DNA of 64,000 nucleotides from an uncultured Clostridia bacterium. GTDB lineage: Bacteria > Bacillota > Clostridia > TANB77 > CAG-508. This document shows positions 56,259 through 64,000 of this stretch, in pieces. The notes under the pieces were generated by a model. The model made no database searches and was not told where the DNA came from. It saw nothing but the letters and a program-made list of their open reading frames with translations. Within the stretch, counting starts at the first letter, position 1, and each line of letters begins with the position of its first letter. The stretch is taken from assembly GCA_934120645.1 (NCBI GenBank), contig CAKOUO010000001.1:203636-267635 (forward strand), written 5' to 3'. A program made the translations under genes and the position numbers.

Positions 56259-57974
56259 TTACATTTTTTCAGGCATTTCTATTCCTAGTAATTTTGCTCC
56301 TTGTTTTAAAACTTCAGATGTTGCATATGTTAAATATACACGAGCATTTTGTATCTCTTTATCTTCAACAATTATTTTATTTTCATTATAGAAACTGCTA
56401 TATGCTTTTGCTAAATCTATTAAATATCTAGCTAAAATTGATGGTTCATTCTTTTCTGTTACTTGAACTAATATATCTTGGAAATTGTATATTAATTTTA
56501 GTATATCTTGTGAACATTCATCTGTTAGTATTTCAGTTTTTACTTCTTCAATTTTTGGTAAATATTCTGCTTTTTCTAATATGCTTTTTGTACGTACATA
56601 TGTGTATTGAATATATGGTCCTGTTTCTCCTTGGAAGTTTAATATTGTGTCCCAATCAAATACTTCATCTTTTATTCTTGATGCTGATAAGTCGTTGAAA
56701 ATAACTGCTCCTATACCAACTTTTTTTGCTACCTCTTCTTTATTTTCTAGTTCAGGATTTTTTTGTTCTATTATTTCTTTAGCTCTAGAAATTGCTTCTT
56801 TTAGTAATTCATCTAATCTTATTACATTACCCTCTCTTGTTGACATTTTTCCTGTTGGTAATAATACCATTCCAAATGATACATGTTCTAATCCTTTTGT
56901 ATATTTTTCATCTAGTCCTAAAAGTTTTGCTACTTCAAATACTTGTTTAAAGTGTAATACTTGTTCATATGATGTTACATATAATGCTTTGTCAAAATCA
57001 TATGTTCTTGCTCTATAAAGTATAGCTGCCAAATCTCTTGTAGCATATGTTGTAGAACCATTTGATTTTTCTATAATACATGGTGTATTTATTCCTTTAT
57101 CTTCTAAATCTATTATTTTAGCACCTTGTGATTCTACTAATTTACCTGTTTTTTGTAATATGTCTATTACTTCTGGCATTTTGTCTGAATAGAAAGATTC
57201 TCCATTCCATGAATCGAATTTACTTCCTAATAAATCATATACTTTTTGGAATTCTTTTAAACTTAGTTCTCTAAATTTTTTCCAAATTTCAACACATTCT
57301 TGGTCTCCATCTTCTAATTTTTTGAAGTTATTTCTACAGTTTTCTAATATTTTTTCATCTTCTTTACAAGCTTCATTTATTCTTATATAAATTTTTGTTA
57401 GTTCATTTATTGGGTCTTTTTCGATATTATATTCTTTTCCCCACATTTTGTAACCTTCTATTAGTTTTCCAAATTGTGTTCCATAGTCTCCTAAATGATT
57501 TACTCCTGTTACATTATACCCTAAATATTTATATATGTTGTATAGGGCTCCACCTATTACTGTTGAACGTAAATGTCCTATATGGAATTGTTTTGCTATA
57601 TTTGGTGCAGAATAATCTATTACTATATTTTTTTCTTTTCCTAATTCAGATTTTCCATATTGTTCTGTTTTAGATATTTCTTCTAGCACTTCTTTTGCTA
57701 ACAAATTTTTATTAATATAAAAATTTAAATATCCTCCTATAACATCCACCTTTTCTATTGTCTCATCTTTTTCTTTACTATCTAGTTGCTCTTTTATCTC
57801 ATTTGCAATAACTGGTGGTGCTTTTTTTAGTTCTTTTGCTAATCTGAAGCAAGGAAATGAATAATCACCATTTTTTGTATCCTTTGGTGTTTCTATATAT
57901 GTTTTTAATTCATTTTCATCCATTTTAGTTGCTTCTGCTATTTGTTTTGATATTATATCTTTAAAATTTTTCAA
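56259..57974 (-). CDS. argS: Arginine--tRNA ligase
   Basis: 571 aa. Class I HIGH motif (PNIAKQFHIGHLRST) and a C-terminal DALR anticodon-binding domain. Confidence 0.9.
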   Translation of the reverse strand: MKNFKDIISKQIAEATKMDENELKTYIETPKDTKNGDYSFPCFRLAKELKKAPPVIANEIKEQLDSKEKDETIEKVDVIGGYLNFYINKNLLAKEVLEEISKTEQYGKSELGKEKNIVIDYSAPNIAKQFHIGHLRSTVIGGALYNIYKYLGYNVTGVNHLGDYGTQFGKLIEGYKMWGKEYNIEKDPINELTKIYIRINEACKEDEKILENCRNNFKKLEDGDQECVEIWKKFRELSLKEFQKVYDLLGSKFDSWNGESFYSDKMPEVIDILQKTGKLVESQGAKIIDLEDKGINTPCIIEKSNGSTTYATRDLAAILYRARTYDFDKALYVTSYEQVLHFKQVFEVAKLLGLDEKYTKGLEHVSFGMVLLPTGKMSTREGNVIRLDELLKEAISRAKEIIEQKNPELENKEEVAKKVGIGAVIFNDLSASRIKDEVFDWDTILNFQGETGPYIQYTYVRTKSILEKAEYLPKIEEVKTEILTDECSQDILKLIYNFQDILVQVTEKNEPSILARYLIDLAKAYSSFYNENKIIVEDKEIQNARVYLTYATSEVLKQGAKLLGIEMPEKM

Positions 57975-58005
57975 TTTTTTCCTCCAAATTTAAAATGTTT
58001 ATAAC

Positions 58006-60831
58006 TTACATTACATTATTGTTTATAGTTGTATTTTCATTATAATCTAAAGAATTTGTAACTGCTTTATTGGCTTTTTCTAATTCTTTCTTCTTTTTAT
58101 CTTCTTGAGCTTTTACTTTTTCTAAGTTATCAATCAATCCTTGTAGTTTTTTAATATCTGTTCCCATCAATTCCCAATCATTATTACCTGTAGATTCAGA
58201 TAAGTTTTTATTTGCTTTTACAATTGCATCTATTAGTCCATCTAAATCTTCTGTATTTTCAACTTCTATATTTGATGCATCTTTAGAAAGTAAATTTTCT
58301 AGTGCTTCTTTTAAATTATTTCCAATTGCTACTTTATTTCCTGATGCTACTACTATTTTTCTAAGTGCTGGTACTTTAGATTCATTTAACATTGTTTGAT
58401 ATATTGATTCTACATATAAAAGTGTATTATTAATTGGAACTATTGTCATATCTTTTGTTACTTTAGTTCCTGTTGTGTTAAGTGCTTGTATTTCTGTTGA
58501 TATTGCTTCATCTTGTTCTATTTGTTTATCTAATTGCATTGGTCCTACAATATTGCTATCTTCAGAAAATTTATATAGTTTTAATTTATTGCTATTTTCT
58601 TCTGTTGTTCCTACTAAGTAAGAAATCAAATTCTGTTTTGTATTTGGTGTATAAATTTGTATTAAACCTATTTTTTCATTTTCTCCATCTTTTACCATAG
58701 TATAATATGGTTCTAATATTGTTCCTGATGATTTTGCAATTACTGTATTATTATATTTTGCAAATCCCCATAAATCATCTGTTCTATATAATATATCTGC
58801 TTTTACATTATGATAAGCTTTTAGTAGTTTTGCTTGAACATTGTATAAATATTTAGGATATACAAAGTGTTCTGATATATCTTGTGGTACTACTGTATCA
58901 AGTTTTTCAAATAATGTTGGATATATATTTCTATATGCCATTGCTATTGGATCTGTTTTATCCGTTATATAAAATTTCATTGTTCCGTCATAACTATCTA
59001 TTATTACTTTTACTGAATTTCTTATATAATTGATTTTCTCTTTAATATCATCATGTTCTATTGATGTATATTGTGAATATGGATATTGACTAGATACTGT
59101 ATATGCATCTAATACCCAAACTATTTTTCCTTCATCTGTTACAACTGTATATGGTTCATCATCATATATTAAGTATGGCATTGCTTTTTTTGCTCTTTCG
59201 ATAATATTTCTATTAATTAAAATTTTGCTTTCTTTTGCAACTTCTGTTGAAAAAGCTAATTTTAAATCTCCTGTTTTTATTCCTAAAATAATTCTATCAA
59301 TGAAATTTAAATTTAATCCAGCTTTACCATTATATGTTGATGTATGTTCTAATCCATCTTCATCTGTATAGTCATATTCTTGTTTATTTTTTGCATTTGT
59401 TGCAACAGTATCATTTGTTTCTAGTCCAAAATATATTTGTTGTGTTTTTGTTCCTAATTTTTCGTCTTTTCCAGATACATCTTTTTGAACATAATTTAAT
59501 TTTCCTGTTTCTGATACATCTGTTGCAGATGCTACAATTTGTCCCATTCCATGTGTATATTCATATGTTTTATTATTATATGTTCTTCCTGAATTTGCAA
59601 TTTCTCTAGTTGATACATATACTAATTTATTTTGTCCAGAAATTTTATATTGTGCTATATTTGCATTTCTATATGAATAATATCCTGTGCCTGTTTGATT
59701 ATCTTCTAATGTTTTTAATACAGTATCTTCATTTACTATTCTTGTATTATCTATTACATTTTTATTTTCATTTACTTCTGTTTGTGTTATTGTTCCAGAA
59801 TTTTCTAAGTTTTCTTCCTCTATGTTGATATTATATGCATTTCTTGTATTGCTTATATTGTAAGCTAAATATTCTTTTTCCTTATCTAATTTATTTGAAT
59901 TTACAAATATTAAATTAAATACTACTATTACCAAAAATAATCCAACTAAATATGTTGGTATTACAGCTAAATTTTTTATAGTCTTTGCTGTGTTATTTTC
60001 TCTAAATCCTTTTGCTGCTCTTATTACAGCAATTACCATTACTACTGAAAAGATTAAATATCCCCATCTTTGAATCATAACTTCTGTATAACCAGCACCT
60101 GTAATTTCTATATTTTCTGTGCTATCTGCTGTATTTTTTATTGTTAACATTTTATTAAATACTATATTAGTTGTATTTAATGCTGTTATTAATCCTATTC
60201 CTATTACAATTAATACTACATTTTTTATTAGTTTTTTTACTAATAAACTTTCTTTAACCATTTTTCCGTCTACACCATCAAAGTATTTATTAAATACAAT
60301 TATGTAATATATTGCCATATAAATTGTTAATCCTGCAACTATTCCAATAAAATACCATAATAGTGTTTGTATTAGTGGTTTTTGAAACATAAAATATGCT
60401 ATATCTAAATTAAATATTGGGTCTTGCACACCAAATGATGCATTACTTGAAAATAGTAATATTTGTTTCATTAATATGTTTGACATAACAGAACTTACTA
60501 TTACTGATATTATAAATGAAATTGATTTTCCTGGTAATTTTGGCATTTCTTTTTTGTCTTTATCAAAAAATACTTTTAAACCTTTTTTTATTCCTCTGGT
60601 TGTCAAATATATAATTGAATATAACAATATAAAATTAATTCCAAATATAATATATTTATATTTTAAATTTGTAAAAAAAGGTTGTATATAATTTTCACCT
60701 AATTCTTTGTATTCTAAATAGCTTCCTCTTAAGCTTATATAACTTATGATTATAAATAGTGCTAAAAATAATAATACTAATATCATTCTTGTCTTATTTT
60801 TTTTCTTATTTTCCAATTCTACTTCCTCCAT
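58006..60831 (-). CDS. UPF0182-family large membrane protein (COG1615)
   Basis: 941 aa. About 7 N-terminal TM helices followed by a large extracytoplasmic domain. Overall architecture typical of UPF0182. Confidence 0.6.
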   Translation of the reverse strand: MEEVELENKKKNKTRMILVLLFLALFIIISYISLRGSYLEYKELGENYIQPFFTNLKYKYIIFGINFILLYSIIYLTTRGIKKGLKVFFDKDKKEMPKLPGKSISFIISVIVSSVMSNILMKQILLFSSNASFGVQDPIFNLDIAYFMFQKPLIQTLLWYFIGIVAGLTIYMAIYYIIVFNKYFDGVDGKMVKESLLVKKLIKNVVLIVIGIGLITALNTTNIVFNKMLTIKNTADSTENIEITGAGYTEVMIQRWGYLIFSVVMVIAVIRAAKGFRENNTAKTIKNLAVIPTYLVGLFLVIVVFNLIFVNSNKLDKEKEYLAYNISNTRNAYNINIEEENLENSGTITQTEVNENKNVIDNTRIVNEDTVLKTLEDNQTGTGYYSYRNANIAQYKISGQNKLVYVSTREIANSGRTYNNKTYEYTHGMGQIVASATDVSETGKLNYVQKDVSGKDEKLGTKTQQIYFGLETNDTVATNAKNKQEYDYTDEDGLEHTSTYNGKAGLNLNFIDRIILGIKTGDLKLAFSTEVAKESKILINRNIIERAKKAMPYLIYDDEPYTVVTDEGKIVWVLDAYTVSSQYPYSQYTSIEHDDIKEKINYIRNSVKVIIDSYDGTMKFYITDKTDPIAMAYRNIYPTLFEKLDTVVPQDISEHFVYPKYLYNVQAKLLKAYHNVKADILYRTDDLWGFAKYNNTVIAKSSGTILEPYYTMVKDGENEKIGLIQIYTPNTKQNLISYLVGTTEENSNKLKLYKFSEDSNIVGPMQLDKQIEQDEAISTEIQALNTTGTKVTKDMTIVPINNTLLYVESIYQTMLNESKVPALRKIVVASGNKVAIGNNLKEALENLLSKDASNIEVENTEDLDGLIDAIVKANKNLSESTGNNDWELMGTDIKKLQGLIDNLEKVKAQEDKKKKELEKANKAVTNSLDYNENTTINNNVM

Positions 60832-60858
60832 TTTTGTAGTTATACATTTTTTAAAATA

Positions 60859-61776
60859 TTATATTATTGCTTTTACAAAATCTTCTGAGTTAAAGATTTC
60901 CATGTCATCAATTTGTTCTCCAACTCCGATAAATTTAACTGGTATTTTGTTTTCTTCAACAATTCCAATTACTACTCCACCTTTTGCTGTTCCATCTAAT
61001 TTTGTTAATACAATTCCTGTAATATCTGCTTCTTGTTTAAAAGCTTTTACTTGTGATATTGCATTTTGTCCTGTTGTTCCATCTATTACAAGTAATACCT
61101 CTTTATCAGCTTCTTCCATTTCCTTATTTATAACCTTTTGTATTTTATTCAATTCATCCATTAAGTATTTTTTGTTATGAAGCCTTCCTGCTGTGTCTAC
61201 TATTAGTACATCTGCATTTTGTTCTTTAGTTTGTTTAATTGCATCATATACAACAGATGCTGGATCTACACCCTCATCTCTTTTTACTACTGTTGCTCCA
61301 GCTCTATTTGCCCATATTTCTAATTGTTCTACTGCTGCTGCTCTAAATGTATCTGCAGCTGCTACTACTACTTTTTTGCCATCTTTTGCTAATCTGTTGG
61401 CTATTTTACCTATTGATGTTGTTTTTCCTACCCCATTTACTCCAACTACTAAAATTACTGATGGTTTTGTATTTAAATGTAATTGTATATCTGTTACATC
61501 AAGTATTTTTTGCATTTCTTCTCTTAGTGCTTGTTTTACATCTTCTTCATCTTGTATTTTTTCTTTTTTTATTCTATTTCTTAAATTTGATATTATTTTT
61601 ATTGATGTATCCATTCCTATATCTGACATTATTAATACTTCTTCTAGTTCGTCTAAGAAGTCTTCGTCTACTTTTCTAAAGTTACTAAATACATTATTTA
61701 TTTTTTCATCAAATGATGTTTTTGTTTTATTCAATCCGTTTTTTAGCTTATCAAAAAATCCCATTAGTTTTTTCAC
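60859..61776 (-). CDS. ftsY: Signal recognition particle receptor FtsY
   Basis: NG domain with GVNGVGKTTSIGK, DTAGR and TKLDGTAKGG motifs. 305 aa. Confidence 0.9.
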   Translation of the reverse strand: MKKLMGFFDKLKNGLNKTKTSFDEKINNVFSNFRKVDEDFLDELEEVLIMSDIGMDTSIKIISNLRNRIKKEKIQDEEDVKQALREEMQKILDVTDIQLHLNTKPSVILVVGVNGVGKTTSIGKIANRLAKDGKKVVVAAADTFRAAAVEQLEIWANRAGATVVKRDEGVDPASVVYDAIKQTKEQNADVLIVDTAGRLHNKKYLMDELNKIQKVINKEMEEADKEVLLVIDGTTGQNAISQVKAFKQEADITGIVLTKLDGTAKGGVVIGIVEENKIPVKFIGVGEQIDDMEIFNSEDFVKAII

Positions 61777-61985
61777 CTTTCTTAGTTAAATCTTAGTTTA
61801 TTTTCTCATTAAAAATTGACATTTCTATTATAACATATTTTACCAAAAAGGGCAATCTTATTCTTATTCGAATAGTAAAATAATTGTATTTTATTTTTTA
61901 TGAATATATCTAGCATTTTATGTTATCTTATGGTATAATAATAGTTATTAAAAAATATTTTCAACATGTTATAGGAGGAATTTTT

Positions 61986-62279
61986 ATGAAACTCAATTAT
62001 GAAGAACTATCAGATTACCAAAAATTCTGGAAAGACAATCAAAATTTATCTCAGCAGAAAAAAGACTCTCTTATAAACTTATCTACTAAGTTTATGCAGC
62101 GGGTAAAAGATAATGGTGATGAATTATCTGGTGTTAAGCTTTTGTACCCAGAAGATTGTCTTGATTTTTCAGTTTTTAGTCATTTTGCTACTGTAATGAA
62201 AGCAAGTGTAACTACAAGACGAAATGGCGGTTGTAAAATAGACAACTGGTTTTCTTATAGTAAGATTAAAGTAGGCTAA
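61986..62279 (+). CDS. Hypothetical protein (97 aa from the ATG with an AGGAGGAAT RBS)
   Basis: The ORF track starts at 61920, but a strong RBS precedes the ATG at 61986. No family recognised. Confidence 0.4.
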   Translation: MKLNYEELSDYQKFWKDNQNLSQQKKDSLINLSTKFMQRVKDNGDELSGVKLLYPEDCLDFSVFSHFATVMKASVTTRRNGGCKIDNWFSYSKIKVG

Positions 62280-62288
62280 ACCTCCAAA

Positions 62289-62325
62289 CAGGCAAGTTAA
62301 ATTAACTTGCCTGTTTATTTTGTTT
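62289..62325 (+). terminator. Rho-independent terminator caggcaagttaaattaacttgcctg + T-run
   Basis: 10-bp stem. Overlaps the 3' end of the convergent SEDS gene. Confidence 0.55.
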
Positions 62326-63669
62326 ATTTCTATTAAGTATATCTTTTCTTCTATAAATAGCTAATATTAAAGCCAAACACATCATATTAACAATAAGATT
62401 TAATCCACCATAAGAAACAAAAGGTAAATTAAAATTTGCTTCGATTATTAAATTTAAATTCATAAGAATATTAAATATACTTTGCAAAATGAACATACTA
62501 GATATTCCAATTATTAATAATTTTCCATTAATTTCTTTTATCTTAATTGAATTTATAATTAATTTAATGCTTAAAGCTAAAACTGCTATTACTATTCCAA
62601 TACTTACTACCCAGCCATAATGTGCTAGAATTGATATAAATGCATAGTTTACATCTTCATCTATTTGTTCTAAAGCGTTGCTAGTATCGTCTGCTTCACC
62701 AAATGTTTGAGCAGAATTTATAATTAGTTTTCTATTTAAAGCAAACCATCCATAATTTTCTGCTTGGCTTTCTGGATTATATACAGCTACAAATCTATTA
62801 ACAATATATGGTGTTTCAATTATCACACTTAGCAATAAAATTGTTCCTAAAATTATTGGTATTCCCCATAATATTAGTAAATTTCTTTTTCTATTTTGTT
62901 TAATTTGTATTAATTTTACAGTTCCTATTATTAAGTAGATAAGTCCTAATATTAATGCTGATGTTATAGATGGAATATTTGCTAAAATTATTATTGAAAT
63001 TATGCTTAAAGTTATTATCTTGACTAATTTTAAGTTTATATTTTTATTGAATATTGTAACATTCTTTTGGTTTTGTTTTTCACTATTTAAAAATCCTACA
63101 AATGCAATAATATAAAGAGGTATTGTTATAATAACTGGTGAAAATGCACTTAATTGTGAAATATTTATGTATGGTAAACCATTTACTCTTATTCCGAAAA
63201 GTGCTGAATAAACATCCATTGCAGTTGCAATTATATAAAATATATTTGAGTATTTTATTATTTTTGTATAATCAATAAAATATATAAATATACTTAAAAT
63301 GCTACCCATTATTAAAAAACTAATATATTTTGCTATAAAATCATATCCATCTGTTACTATTATATTACTTGCTCTAGTAAATGCTACTAAAAATCCAAAT
63401 CCTAGAAGTACTATTAAAATTATTAATAATTTCCAATCAAGTTTTGGTTTATGTATTTTATTTAATCTTTTTCCAATTTCTTTAGCATCTCCCATTTGGA
63501 TAATTGCTTTTTCTTCTGCTTCTTTTTCCTTTAAACCGTCTTGAATATAATTTTCTTTTGATTCTTCTATGTGATTTTCTAGTTCTTCTGCTATGCTATT
63601 TCGTATTGGTTTATATTTTATTTGTTCACATACAGTATTTAAAAATTCTTTAATTTGCAAATGAAACAC
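62302..63669 (-). CDS. Fusion protein: N-terminal cytoplasmic HAAS/DUF1700-like domain plus a C-terminal SEDS-family (FtsW/RodA/SpoVE-like) polytopic membrane domain
   Basis: N-terminal MFHLQIKEFLNTVCEQIKYKPIRNSIAEELENHIEES...GDAKEIGKRL resembles DUF1700. C-terminal SEDS motifs DVNYAFISILAHYGWVVSIGIV and NLPFVSYGGLNLIVNMMCLALILAIYRR. Start overlaps the padR gene end. Confidence 0.6.
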   Translation of the reverse strand: MFHLQIKEFLNTVCEQIKYKPIRNSIAEELENHIEESKENYIQDGLKEKEAEEKAIIQMGDAKEIGKRLNKIHKPKLDWKLLIILIVLLGFGFLVAFTRASNIIVTDGYDFIAKYISFLIMGSILSIFIYFIDYTKIIKYSNIFYIIATAMDVYSALFGIRVNGLPYINISQLSAFSPVIITIPLYIIAFVGFLNSEKQNQKNVTIFNKNINLKLVKIITLSIISIIILANIPSITSALILGLIYLIIGTVKLIQIKQNRKRNLLILWGIPIILGTILLLSVIIETPYIVNRFVAVYNPESQAENYGWFALNRKLIINSAQTFGEADDTSNALEQIDEDVNYAFISILAHYGWVVSIGIVIAVLALSIKLIINSIKIKEINGKLLIIGISSMFILQSIFNILMNLNLIIEANFNLPFVSYGGLNLIVNMMCLALILAIYRRKDILNRNKQNKQAS

Positions 63670-63988
63670 CTCCTAATACATGATTTATTCCATTGCTAAA
63701 AATTTTCCATTCTTCTTTTTTCTCTTTTAATTGTTTTTTTCCTTTTTCTGTTATAGCATAATATTTTCTTTTCTTTGCTGTTGTTTCGTCCCAATATGAT
63801 GTTATAAAACCATTTTCTTCTAGTCCATGTAATATTGGATATAGTGTTCCTTCTTTTAGTTCAAATACATTTTCTGATTTTTCTTTTAATTTTTTTATCA
63901 TTTCATATCCATACATGTTTTGATTTTTTAACAAATCTAGCACTAGCATTGTTGTGCTTCCTTTTAATAGTTCTTTACTAATTTTCAA
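63650..63988 (-). CDS. padR: PadR-family transcriptional regulator
   Basis: Winged-helix motif LLKGSTTMLVLDLLKNQNMYGYEMIKKL...EGTLYPILHGLEENGFITSYW. Apparent TTG start with a GAGGGG RBS. Confidence 0.75.
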   Translation of the reverse strand: MKISKELLKGSTTMLVLDLLKNQNMYGYEMIKKLKEKSENVFELKEGTLYPILHGLEENGFITSYWDETTAKKRKYYAITEKGKKQLKEKKEEWKIFSNGINHVLGGVSFAN

Positions 63989-64000
63989 TTTTATCCCCTC

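Noticed and set aside
1-64000. CRISPR arrays, rRNA/tRNA genes, transposases, integrases or prophage genes
   Set aside because: I saw no regularly spaced direct repeats and no tRNA-like T-loop/acceptor motifs. No ORF has recombinase or transposase motifs. The long IRs at 2141-2300, 7282-7389 and 33488-33652 carry no ORFs and are reported as candidate MITE-like or regulatory elements only.

Overview
This is a very AT-rich (roughly 25-30% GC) stretch of chromosome from an endospore-forming Clostridia-type Firmicute. Almost every gene is on the minus strand, which fits one replication arm transcribed co-directionally.

Housekeeping genes I recognise from the translations:
- uvrB, dnaE, holA, argS, ftsY, murB, and a tcdA-like ThiF enzyme.
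- nrdD-nrdG, nifS/iscS, and a pta-ack-ack cluster with two tandem acetate kinase paralogs.
- A stomatin/NfeD pair, a CorC-type transporter and an ABC-2 transporter pair.
- A glycogen-debranching enzyme and a YvcK-like protein.
- A seven-gene spoIIIAB-AH sporulation operon and a SleB-like cortex hydrolase.

Accessory or unusual content:
- A ChW-repeat protein, partial at the window start.
- A large HEFGH zinc metalloprotease ending in a type I dockerin, which implies a cellulosome-type surface display system.
- Two loci encoding proteins with a conserved non-canonical prepilin-like N-terminus (MNxRxEKG|ITLIALI, Ala instead of Glu at +5); the two large proteins in these loci share an internal domain.
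- A tandem array of three small paralogous genes in a higher-GC islet, each with its own near-consensus sigma-A promoter; copies 2 and 3 have identical terminators.
- A FIST-domain gene followed by aldehyde dehydrogenase and Fe-alcohol dehydrogenase genes.
- A PadR regulator coupled to a HAAS(DUF1700)-SEDS(FtsW/RodA-like) fusion.
- A frameshifted ECF sigma factor with a PepSY-repeat anti-sigma partner.
- Three long intergenic inverted-repeat elements, including a perfect 36-bp inverted repeat between pta and ack.
- The spoIIIA operon has no spoIIIAA ATPase gene at the canonical position.
- Three accessory genes are frame-disrupted, while all long housekeeping ORFs are intact.

I found no rRNA, tRNA, CRISPR, transposase or integrase. 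Every call comes from reading translations and motifs by eye; I ran no database search.
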